This document shows positions 35,565-45,523 of a stretch of 64,000 nt of DNA, one piece after another (positions within the stretch are counted from its first letter, which is position 1; each line of letters opens with the position of its first letter). The stretch spans positions 87,852 through 151,851 of the forward strand of contig CAWJEO010000020.1 of NCBI GenBank assembly GCA_963841895.1, given 5' to 3'. The translations under genes were made by a program, and so were the position numbers. This DNA is from an uncultured Acidobacteriota bacterium. Its GTDB lineage: Bacteria > Acidobacteriota > Vicinamibacteria > Vicinamibacterales > UBA2999. The notes under the pieces were generated by a model. That model worked only from the letters and a program-made list of their open reading frames with translations. It ran no database searches and was not told the DNA's origin.

Positions 35565-36757
35565 GTGCCGCCCGTCATCTTCCGGAAGGGTCTCGACCTC
35601 AAGCACGAAGTCGCCGGCGTCCTCGCTGAGAGCTACCACAGCGCGCTCGTCCAGCAGATCAAGGCCGACGATTACCGCTATCAGTCGGGCCGGCTCACGC
35701 TCCATCTCGCGCGCGAGTTCGGGTTCTGCTACGGCGTCGATCGGGCGGTGGACTACGCGTATCAGGCCCGCAAGCGTTTTCCCGATCGGCGGGTCTTCCT
35801 GACCGGCGAGATCATCCACAACCCGCACGTCAACGATCAGCTGCGCGCGCAGGGGATCCGTTTTCTGACCGACCCCAACGAAGACGCCGCGGCGGTCGGC
35901 GAAAACGACGTCGTCATCCTGCCGGCATTCGGCGTGACGGTCCAGGAGCTGCGGCGCCTGTCCGCAGCCGGCTGCACGCTGGTCGACACCACCTGCGGCT
36001 CGGTGCTGAACGTCTGGAAGAACGTCTCGCGCTACGCGAAGGACGGCTACACGTCGGTCATTCACGGCAAGTACTGGCACGAGGAGACGCAGGCCACTGC
36101 CTCGCAGGCCCTGCAGGCCGCGAACGGCCATTACCTCGTCGTCCTCGACAAGGCCGAAGCGGCGCTCGTCTGCGACTACATCCGGGAGTCGGCGAGGCAA
36201 CCGACGGCCGCCGGCGCGCGTTCCTCGAGCGTTTTGCCGAAGCCAGTTCCGCTGGTTTCGATCCCGACGTCCATCTCCAGCGGATCGGGTGCGCGAACCA
36301 GACAACGATGTTGAGCACGGAATCGCTGGAAGTCGGCGAGATGTTTCGCGCGGCGATGCGGGAGCGCTACGGTGAGGCGGAACTCGGCGATCGCTTCCGC
36401 GCGTTCGACACGATCTGCAGTGCGACCCAAGACCGGCAGGATGCCGTCGTCCGGCTGCTCGAGGAGGTGCCGATCGACCTCATGGTGGTCATCGGCGGCT
36501 ACAACAGCAGCAATACCTGTAACCTGGCGAAGATCTGCGCCCGCAAGGTGCCGACGTACCACATCGCGGATCCCGACGGTCTGTTGTCGGCTGACGAGGT
36601 CCGGCACCGCGCGGTCGACACCCACGAGGAAATCGTGACCCGCGGCTGGCTGGCCGACTCCGGACCGGTCCGGGTCGGGCTCACCTCCGGCGCCTCGACG
36701 CCGGACAACCTCGTCGAGATCGCGGTTCGGACGCTCGAGAAATTCACCGCCGCTTGA
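35565..36757 (+). CDS. ispH: 4-hydroxy-3-methylbut-2-enyl diphosphate reductase (long form), with a frame break near 36200-36300.
   Basis: FGFCYGVDRAV, IIHNPHV, LVDTTCGSV and VVIGGYNSSNT. Confidence 0.88.
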
Positions 36758-36785
36758 CCAGCAGCGGGCCCGATCGGCGCGCGCG

Positions 36786-37028
36786 CTAATCCGTCGTCCC
36801 GGGCTCGATCGTGATTTTGACGGTCTGCCCGGTGTGATCCTTGAGCCACTGATGCAGCGGCGAGCCGGGTCGAACCATCAGCGCGGTGTCCTGGGCGACC
36901 GAGAAGTAGCCCTCGTTCCTCTCGGTCTCGTTGGCACTGAGCTGCCCGCGGAGTTCGGCGCCATCCTGCGCTCCGATACCGAGTGTCGCAACCAGCGTCG
37001 CCGCCGCCACAAACAGGATCAACCGCAT
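36786..37028 (-). CDS. Small secreted hypothetical protein.
   Basis: Signal peptide MRLILFVAAATLVATLGIGAQ. Intact ORF of about 80 aa. Confidence 0.4.
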   Translation of the reverse strand: MRLILFVAAATLVATLGIGAQDGAELRGQLSANETERNEGYFSVAQDTALMVRPGSPLHQWLKDHTGQTVKITIEPGTTD

Positions 37029-37248
37029 GTCTGGCCCTCCTGCCGCTGCCCAGTGCACGTCGCGTGCCGTAGATGTGGCTGTCAGATGCGGCCGAAGTCA
37101 GGCGGTGTCGAGCGTTTTCTGGCGCCTTCTGGGCCGGGCGTCAGACACGGACGGTCAGCTGGACTGCCGTTTGTCGGCAGGGCGTGCAGTCTGAACCCCT
37201 TCCGTAAACAGGCGCTCCAGCGGCGTCGTAACCCTTTCGAACCGCAAC

Positions 37249-37686
37249 ATGAAAATGTCCCGTAAGTTGTTTATTTGTCTCACGTTGTCTTTGCTACCCC
37301 TCCTGTGGCCAGAGGCCGCGCATGCCCAGCGGTTCCGGTGGTGGATGGACGATCGATTCCAGCGCGAGCTGGCCATCACGCCGGACCAGACGTCCCGCAT
37401 CGACGCGATCTTCCAGGCCGCCCAGCCCGCGCTGCGGGCGCAGCAGCGCGCCCTCTCGAAGCTCGAGGACGAGCTCTCGAAGATGGTGCTCGAAGCGAAC
37501 GTGCAGGACTCCGAGGTCGAGCACTTCGTCGGGAAAGTCGAGGCGGCGCGGGCCGACCTCGGCAAGAGCCGGACGATGATGATCTTCCGGATGCGACGGA
37601 TCCTGACGACCGAGCAGCACGTGAAGTTGCAGAAGCTGTTCGAGCAGAACGAGAAAGACCGCCGCGGCAAGGGTCACGGCGAGTAG
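37249..37686 (+). CDS. Periplasmic Spy/CpxP-family (LTXXQ motif) protein.
   Basis: Signal peptide plus ITPDQTSRI and LTTEQHVKL repeats. Intact. Confidence 0.7.
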   Translation: MKMSRKLFICLTLSLLPLLWPEAAHAQRFRWWMDDRFQRELAITPDQTSRIDAIFQAAQPALRAQQRALSKLEDELSKMVLEANVQDSEVEHFVGKVEAARADLGKSRTMMIFRMRRILTTEQHVKLQKLFEQNEKDRRGKGHGE

Positions 37687-37716
37687 GACGAGGCGTTTTT
37701 CTACCGGATTCCATCA

Positions 37717-39423
37717 ATGAAGAAGCATTCTCGAAGTGTCGCCGCAATTGCGGCCGTGCTCGCCTGGTCCGTCACCGCGTCGGCGCAGCCGCCCGCCGAT
37801 GGCCCGCAGACCCAGGATTCGCTCGGTCCGCGACGCGCTGTCCCGCTACCAGGCCGGCCTCGAAGCCATCAAGAACAGCTCGGGGACGCAGGAGCCGGCC
37901 GGCGGCCGGTCAGGCGGGACGCCCGATTCGCGACGTCCGGATGAGCGACGTCGTCGCCCTCGCGCTCGAGAAGAACCTCGACATCGCGGTCGAGCGCATC
38001 AGCCCGAGCACGGTCGATCTGCAGATCGCCGGCTTCAAGAACACCTACCTGCCGGTCGCCACCTCGACGATCGGGCATGCGCGACAATCACGCAATTGCC
38101 CCGCGACCAGCTGCAGGGCGGCCAGCGCGTCTCGGTCAACACGACGACCTACAACGCCGGCCTGACCCAGAACATGAAGTGGTGGGGCGGCAACGTCAAC
38201 CTGCAGTGGAACAACAACAAGCAGGACTCGTCGAGCACGTTCGTCACGTTCAACCCGACGTTCACCAGCGGTCTGACGCGCGACCTACACGCAGCCGCTG
38301 CTGCGCGGGCTGGTCATCGACCAGACGCGGCAGCAGCTGCGAGATCACGCAGATCAACCGCGAAATCTCCGAGGAACAGCTGCGCGCGACGGTGACGCAG
38401 ACGCTGGCCAACGTCCGGAACGCGTACTGGGATCTGGTCTTCTCGCGCAACGCCGACCGACGTCGCCCAGCGCGCGCTGCAGCTCGCCGACAAGCTCGTC
38501 GAGGACAACCGCGCCCGCGTCGAAGTCGGCACGCTCGCGCCGCTCGACATCGTCCAGGCCGAGGCGGAAGCCGCGACTCGGCGGCAGGCGCTCGCCCTCG
38601 CCGAAGCGACCATGCAGACCGCGGAGCTCGCGCTCAAGCGCTATATCGTGAGCGGCACCGAAGATCCGCTGTGGCGTCAGGAGCTGCGGCCGATCGATCT
38701 GCCGTCGCTCGAACCGGCCCCGACCGACATCGAGGGCGCCGTCCGCCACGCCCTCGAGCGCCGGACCGACCTGGTCACGGCGCGCAAGAACCTCCAGAGC
38801 TCCGACGTCTCGCTGCGCTACTTCCGCAACAACATGCTGCCTGAAGTCGATCTCGTCGGCCAGCTACGGCAGCCAGGGCATCGGCGGTACGCAGATCACG
38901 CGCGCCGGCCTCGGCTCGTCGACCATCGTCAGCACGGTTCCCGGCGGCTACAACGACGCGCTGCGCCTGCTGACCAATCGCGACTACCCGAACTGGAACG
39001 TGCAGGCGACGGTCAGCTACAACCTGTTCGGCAGCCAGGCGGACGCCCAGTTCGCGCGGGCGCGCTTGCAGAAGACGCAGTCGCAGGCGCGCCTGCGCGC
39101 GCTCGAACTGCAGGTCGCGACCGAAGTCACCAACGCCGCGCTCTCGGTGCAGAGCAACTTGAAGCGGGTCGAGGCGGCCGTGGCCGCGCGCGAGCTCGCC
39201 GAGAAGCGGCTCGAGGCGGAACAGAGCAAGTTCGAGGTGGGCATGACCACCAACTTCTTCGTCGTCCAGGCGCAGCGCGACCTGCGCGATGCGCAGAACA
39301 CCGAGCTGCGCGCCCTCGCGGACTACCGGAAATCGCTGGTGGTTTTCGAGCGCGTGCAGGAAGCGCCCGGTGGCGGCGGAGGCGGCGGATTGTCCGCCAC
39401 CACCGGCGGCCGGCGGTCAGTAG
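37717..39423 (+). CDS. TolC-family outer-membrane efflux protein, with six or more frame breaks and an approximate end.
   Basis: Signal peptide MKKHSRSVAAIAAVLAWSVTASA, VALALEKNLDIAV, LRATVTQTLANVRNAYWDL, LVEDNRARVEVGTLAPLDIVQAEAE and FEVGMTTNFFVVQAQRDL. Confidence 0.85.
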
Positions 39424-39441
39424 TACTCTTACGCGACTTTT

Positions 39442-40888
39442 ATGCGCAAATTGCTCATCGTGGGGATCGTGGTCGCGGCCGGAGCCGCGATCTATTTCGG
39501 CTTCATCAGGCGCGACACCGGCGGCTGCCGCCGAACAGGGTCAGAACGCTCAAGCAGGTCAGCGCGGTCAAAGCGGTCGGGCGCGGCGGCAATCCGGGTG
39601 GAGGTCCTGGCGGCGGCGGTTTCGGCGGCGGGGGCTTTGGCGGCCCCGGCGGCGGCGGCGGTTTCCGGCCCCCGATGACCGTCGAAGTGGCCAAGGTTCA
39701 GCGCGGCAAAATTTCGTCGTTTTTGACCGTCGTTGGCAATCTGGTTGGCGATCAGCACGGTCGAAGTCGTGCCGCGAACCGGCGGCCGGGTCACGTCGAT
39801 CAGCGTCAAGCTCGGCGATCGCGTGCGCCGTAATCAGGTGGTCGCCAAGATCGAGGATCGCGAGATCGTCGAACAGGTGAACCAGGCCGAGGCCTCGCAC
39901 AAGGTCGCGGAAGCGACGATTCGCCAGCGGCAGGCCGACCTCGAGCTCGCGAAGACCAGCGTCGAACGCTCGCGCAACCTGTATGGCCGCCAGCTCCTGC
40001 CCAAGCAGACGCTCGACGACGCCGAGGCGCGCTACAGCGCCGCGCAGGCGCAGGTCGATCTCGCCTACGCGCAGCTCGCGCAGTCGGCCTCACGGCTGGA
40101 GGAGCTGCGAATCAACCTCGGCAACACCAACGTCGTGTCGCCCGTTGACGGCTTCGTCGCCAAGCGCAACGTCGACCCGGGTGCGTGGGTCTCCAACCAG
40201 GCCGGCGTCGCGTCGGTCGTCGACATCTCCTCGCTCCGACTGGTCGCCAACGTCGTCGAGAAGGACCTTCGGATGGTGAGCGCCGGCGACCCCGCGGTCG
40301 TCGAGGTCGACGCGTTTCCCGGCGAGAAGTTCAACGGCAAGATCGCGCGCGTCTCTCCGATCCTCGATCCCGCGACGCGCACCGCGCCGATGGAGATCGA
40401 GATTCCCAACGCCAGACTTCCGGCTCAAGCCCGGCATGTATGCCAAGGTCACCCTCGAGGTCGAATCGAAGGAGAACGTCCTGCTCGATTCCGAAGGTGG
40501 CGCTGGTCGACTCCGAAGGCCAGCGCGGCGATTTACCAGGCCAACGGTGAAAGCCGCGCCGCGTTCAAGCCGGTCAAGATCGGCATCGAGGATGCCGAGC
40601 GCGTCGGAGATTCTCGAAGGCCTCACGGAAGGCGAAATGGTCGTATCCACCGGCGCCGGCGCGTTGCGCCGCAACGACCAGCTCGTGACCGCCGGCGGCA
40701 ACGCCGGCCCGGGTGGTCCGAGTCCTGGCCGCGGCGGGCCAGGCCAGGGCGGCCAGGGGCGAGGGCGGCCGCGGGCGGCGAAGGTGGTCGCGGCGGCCAG
40801 GGCGCCCCGGGGCAAGGGACGCCAAAGTAGCAGCGCCAGCAGTCAGAGCATCGTCTCGAAGTTGAAACGCAGAGCGAACGAGCACTGA
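39442..40888 (+). CDS. Efflux RND periplasmic adaptor (membrane-fusion protein) with a Gly-rich linker, five or more frame breaks and an uncertain end.
   Basis: MRKLLIVGIVVAAGAAIYF, GGGFGGGGFGGPGGGGGF, RVTSISVKLGDRVRRNQVVAKIED, NVVSPVDGFVAKRNVDPGAWV and GMYAKVTLE. Confidence 0.85.
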
Positions 40889-40924
40889 GGCCAGGCGGTC
40901 GGGCCAACGGAGCCGGAGTCGTCG

Positions 40925-43900
40925 ATGAGTATTCCGCGTCTAGCCATTCATCGTCCCGTGACGATGTTCATGATCAGCTTCGTGGTGATTCTGCTGGGAG
41001 CGATTTCGCTCACCCGCTTGCCGGTCGATCTGATGCCGGAAAGCGAGTTCCCCAGCATCACCGTTCGCGTCAACTACTCCGGCGTCGGGCCGCTCGAGAT
41101 CGAGGAACTGGTCACGCGGCCGATCGAACAGGCGGTGTCGGCGATCGCCGGCCTCGAGCAGGTCAACTCGACCTCGTCCGAAGGCAACAGCCAGGTCCGG
41201 CTGCAGTTCGCGTGGGGCACCGACCTCAACGAAGCGGCCGACGAAGTGCGCACCCGCGTCGATCGCGTCCGCGGCCGCATGCCCGAGGATGCCGACGCGC
41301 CCACGGTCTTCAAGTTCGACTCGAACTCGATGCCGATCATGGGCATCGGCGTCGAAGGCGACTACGACCCGGTCACGCTGCGCGAGCTCGCGACCAACGA
41401 CCTGTCGCCGCGCCTCGAGCGCGTCGAGGGCGTCGCCGCGGTCACGATCGACGGCGGCTTGCGCCGCCAGATTCACGTCGACCTCTCGCGCGAGAAGATC
41501 ACCGGCCTGAACCTCTCGGTCGATCGCGTCACGCAGGTGCTCCGCAGCGAGAACCAGAACATCCCGCTCGGCGAAGTCGACGACGCCGACCGCCGCTTCC
41601 TGCTCCGCAGCCCCGGCCAGTTCACCAGCATCGACGACATCCGCAACCTGATCATCACCTCGACGCGCGGACGAAGGCGTGCCGGTGTACCTCAAGGACA
41701 TCGCCAACGTCAGCGACTCGACCGAGGATCGCCGCTCGGTCACGCGCATCAACGGGCGTCCCGGCATCCGCATGCGCGTCACCAAGCAGTCGGGCAAGAA
41801 CACGGTGCAGGTCGCCGAGGGCGTGCGCGCCGAGATCGAGCGCATCAACCGCGAAGTGCCGACGCGTGCGGCTGGCGGTGCTCGACGATCAGTCGAAGTT
41901 CATCGAGCGCTCGATCAACAGCGTCAAGGAGCACGCGGCGATCGGCGGCTTCCTGGTCGTCCTGATCATCTTCCTGTTCCTCCGCGACGTCCGCTCGACG
42001 CTCATCATCTGCACGTCGATTCCGATTTCGGTCATCGGCACGTTCGCCCTGCTCTACTTCGGCGGCTACACGCTCAACACCCTCACCTTCGGCGGTCTTG
42101 CCCTCGGCATCGGCATGATCGTCGACGCGGCGATCGTCGTGCTCGAGAACACCTATCGGCACCTCGAGATGGGCAAGGACCGGATGACCGCGGCCGATCG
42201 ACGGCAGCGAAGAGGTCTGGTCGGCGATTCTGGCGTCGACGCTGACGCACATCGCCGTCTTCGTGCCCGATGCTCTTCCTGACCGGCGTGGCGAGCATCA
42301 CGTTCGGCTCGCTGGCCGCCGTCGTGTCGTTCTCGCTGGCGATGTCGCTCTTCGTCGCGGTGACGATCGTCCCGGTGCTGTGCTCGCGGTTCCTCAATCC
42401 GCCGCATCACAACGACGCAGCGCCAGGGGATGCTCGGCGCCCTGTATCGCTTCAGCGAGCGTGTCGCTGGACGGCATCGACAACGCCTACGCCCGAGCTG
42501 CTGCACGTCGCGCTCGCGCACCGGCCGACGGTGTTCGCCACCGGCATCGTGCTCTTCGTGCTGGCGCTCTATCTCGGCCGGTTCATCGGCGTCGAGCTGC
42601 AGCCGACGACCGACGAAGGCGAAGTCACGGTCGACGCCGAACTGGCGGTCGGCACCCGCGTCGAGATCACCGAGGCCGTGCTGCATCCGCCTCGAGGAAG
42701 CCATCAAGGCGAGCGTGCCCGAAGCGACGATGCTCATCACGTCAGCCGGCGGCGGCGGTGGTGGCGGCGGCGGCTTCGGCGGCGGCTCGGGGCATCGCGG
42801 CAATGTCAACGTCCGCCTGATCCCGAAGGACGAACGGCTGCGGTCGAGCGAAGAGATCGCGATGACGCTGCGGCGTGAGCTCTCCGGCATTCCCGGCGTC
42901 ATCGTGCGGGCCCGGCCCTCGGGCGGCCAGCAGATGCGCGGCATGCCCGGCGGCAACCAGGGCGGCGACGGCAGCCGCTTCTCGGTCGAGATTCGCGGTC
43001 ACGAGCTCGACATCTCGAAGCGCGTCGCCGCAGGACGTGAAGACGCTGCTCGACTCGACGCCCGGCATCGCCGATTCGCGCGTCGGCCGCGAAGAAGGCC
43101 GTCCGGAAATCGCCGTCCGCGTCGATCGCGACAAGGCCGCGCTGCTCGGCCTCAGCGTGACCGGCGTCGCCAACACGATCCGCACCAACCTCGCCGGCAC
43201 CCAGGCCGCGATGTTCCGCGAGGCCGGCAACGAATACCCGATCGTCGTCCGGCTCCGCCAGGAGGATCGCGGCGAGATCGGCTCGGTCGGCGACGTCCTG
43301 CTGTCGACGCCGCAGGGCCAGGTGCTGCCGGCGAAGAACGTCATGGTCACGGCCCGCGAGCAGGGTCCGGTCCAGATCGAGCGGAAGAACCAGGAGCGCA
43401 TCCAGCGCGTGAACGCCGAAGTCGAAACGACGCTGAGCGAAGGCGTCGACCGCCGTCCAGGCACGGCTGCCCGAGATTCAGGTGCCGCAGGGCTTCTCGG
43501 TCGGATTCGGCAACGAAGTCGAGGAGCAGGCCAAGTCGTTCCGCGAGCTGCAGCTCGTGCTCGTCCTCGCCATCCTGCTCGTCTACACGGTGATGGCGTC
43601 GCAGTACGAGTCGCTGCGCGATCCGTTCATCATCATGTTCTCGATTCCGCTGGCCGCGATCGGCGTGGTCGGCGCGCTGCTCCTGACCAAGACGCCGTTC
43701 AGCATGCAGGCCTACATCGGCATCATCATGCTGGCCGGCATCGTCGTCAGCAACGCCATCCTGCTGGTCGACTACGCCAACACCCTCCGGCACCGCGACA
43801 AGATGGGCATCCGCGACGGCGATCGAGCTGGCCGGGTCGTCACCGCCTGCGCCCGATTCTGATGACGTCGGTCTGCACGATGCTCGGCCTCGTGCCGATG

Positions 43901-44083
43901 TCGCTCGGGATCGGCGAAGGCTCGGAGCTCCAGGTGCCGCTCGCCCGCGTCGTCATCGGCGGCCTGCTGACCTCGACGATGATCACGCTGGTCTTCGTGC
44001 CGGCGATGTACACGCTGTTCGAAGAGGGCTGGCGCGGGATCTTCAAGAAGCGGCGCCAGGCGCCAGCGCCGGCCGGCCACTGA
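40925..44083 (+). CDS. RND efflux transporter permease (AcrB/HAE1-like), with eight or more frame breaks.
   Basis: MSIPRLAIHRPVTMFMISFVVILLGAISLTRLPVDLMPE, TLNTLTFGGLALGIGMIVDAAIVVLEN and ILMTSVCTMLGLVPMSLGIGEGSE...GGLLTSTMITLVFVPAMY. Confidence 0.92.
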
Positions 44084-44102
44084 GATTTCGAGCTGATCTC
44101 GA

Positions 44103-44129
44103 GGCCAGGCTCAAGCCTGGCCCTACGAC
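44103..44129 (-). repeat. REP-like hairpin with a GTAG head (read on the minus strand).
   Basis: The minus strand reads GTCGTAG GGCCAGGC ttga GCCTGGCC. Confidence 0.55.
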
Positions 44130-44137
44130 CTGCACGA

Positions 44138-44170
44138 GGGCCGAGGCTACCGCTCGGCCCTTTCGTCTTT
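44138..44170 (+). terminator. Rho-independent terminator candidate after the RND operon.
   Basis: gggccgag gctaccg ctcggccc followed by tttcgtcttt. Confidence 0.5.
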
Positions 44171-44634
44171 GCCTCGAACGCATCGCGCAGCTGCGCGATC
44201 GATAGCCCGGTCCCGGGATCGATCCAGTCCGGCTGCGATCTCGGCGAGCGGCTCGAGGACGAACAGCCGCTCCCGAAAACGCGGGTGCGGCACGCGCAGG
44301 CCAGGCTCGTCGATCACCTGCCGCTGCCATAAAGGATCAGATCGAGATCGAGCGTGCGCGGCGCGCCTGGATACGGCCGCGCGCGGCCGCGCTCGCGTTC
44401 GATCAGCAGCAGGACGGTCGAGCAACTGCCCGCGGCGACAGCGCGGTCTCCCCCACCACTGGCGCCGTTCAGGAACGGTCCTGCGGTCGCCGACGCCGAC
44501 CGGCGCGGTTTCGTGCCAGCGACGAGACGGCGAGAGGTCGGTGAGCGTAGTCGCCGAGGCGCGCGGACAGCGAAGGCGACGTGGGCCTGGCGGTCGCCGA
44601 GGTTGCTGCCGACGGCGATGGCGACCTTACTCAA
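44147..44634 (-). CDS. folK: 2-amino-4-hydroxy-6-hydroxymethyldihydropteridine diphosphokinase, with two or more frame breaks and an uncertain 3' end.
   Basis: VAIAVGSNLGDR, PFLNGA, PRTLDLDLILYG and LRVPHPRFRERLFVLEPLAEI. TTG start at 44634. Confidence 0.8.
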
Positions 44635-45121
44635 TCCAGCGCGTGTCGATGACCTTGCCGCGGCGCTCGTTGATCGGCAGGGCGCGTACCGATGATGTCG
44701 GTGCGGCCCTCGGCGGCCTGCTCGAACAGCCGCTTGTGCTCGAGCATCTCGCCGAGCACGACGCCGAGCATGCCCTTGTGGCGGGCGTTGGTCACCGTGT
44801 CAATGCGATCGCGCCACTTGGTGACGAACGCCTGATTCGAGCGGCGCGTCGTTGCCGGCCAGTTCGTGCACCGCGTCGCTGGCCCTTTCGCGACGGCTTG
44901 ACGTCCGGGCGCGCCGGATCGGCCGGAATCGCCAGGCCGACGTCGAGCAGCGCGTGCTGGAGCCACGAGACGTGGGTTTCTTCGCGGTTGATGACGTACT
45001 GATACGCGTTGTTGACGTCGTAGTCGGACACGTACCGCGCCGCCGACTCGTGCTGCATCAGCAGCGCCAGCCGTTCGAGGTAGAACTCGCGGAGAAGGTG
45101 TTGCAGCTCAGGTTGGTTCAC
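44631..45121 (-). CDS. Hypothetical helical protein (ferritin-like/four-helix-bundle appearance) with one frame break.
   Basis: LREFYLERLALLMQHESAARYVSDYDVNNAYQYVINREETHVSWLQHALLD plus KGMLGVVLGEMLEHKRLFEQAAEG. The GTG start overlaps the upstream stop (GTGA). Confidence 0.45.
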
Positions 45122-45459
45122 GCCTTCTGCTTTTCCTTGCAGGTGATGCAGACCCGCGTCCACGGAATCGCGTTCAGGCGCGCCTCGGCGATCGGTTCGC
45201 CGCAATCGCGGCAGATGCCGAAGGTGCCTTTCTCGATCCGCTGCAGCGCCTCGTCGATGGCCTGCAGGATCTTGGCGTCGGTCTGCTTGAGCCGGAGGTG
45301 GATGTGGACCTCGTTGTTACCGGACGCCTGATCGGCCATGTCGCCCTGACGCCCATTGTTGTGCTCCATGGTCGTCTGGATCGGGCGCAGGCCGGCGGTC
45401 TGCTCGAGCTCCGCGCGCTTCTGCAGAAGCGCGTCCCGGTAGGTCGACACGTTCATCAC
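45118..45459 (-). CDS. DksA/TraR-family C4 zinc-finger protein.
   Basis: CRDCGEPIAEARLNAIPWTRVCITC plus an N-terminal coiled coil. Intact. Confidence 0.85.
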   Translation of the reverse strand: MMNVSTYRDALLQKRAELEQTAGLRPIQTTMEHNNGRQGDMADQASGNNEVHIHLRLKQTDAKILQAIDEALQRIEKGTFGICRDCGEPIAEARLNAIPWTRVCITCKEKQKA

Positions 45460-45523
45460 TGCTCCACAGCCGGGCCCACGCGGGCCAAGCTAAGCAGTGA
45501 TCATAGCATTTTTGTGCAGGCGC

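Noticed and set aside
37120-37135. TGGCGC-cttct-ggGCC upstream of the Spy/RND operon as a sigma54 promoter.
   Set aside because: The spacing is right, but both boxes are poor (GCGC instead of GCAC, GGGCC instead of TTGCA). I could not distinguish it from chance in GC-rich DNA.
45460-45523. Possible small RNA or promoter in the dksA upstream spacer (TATGAT box and a ggcccgcgtgggcc hairpin).
   Set aside because: There is no acceptable -35 at 16-19 nt. The interval is only 64 nt, between the permease stop and the dksA start. The evidence is insufficient.
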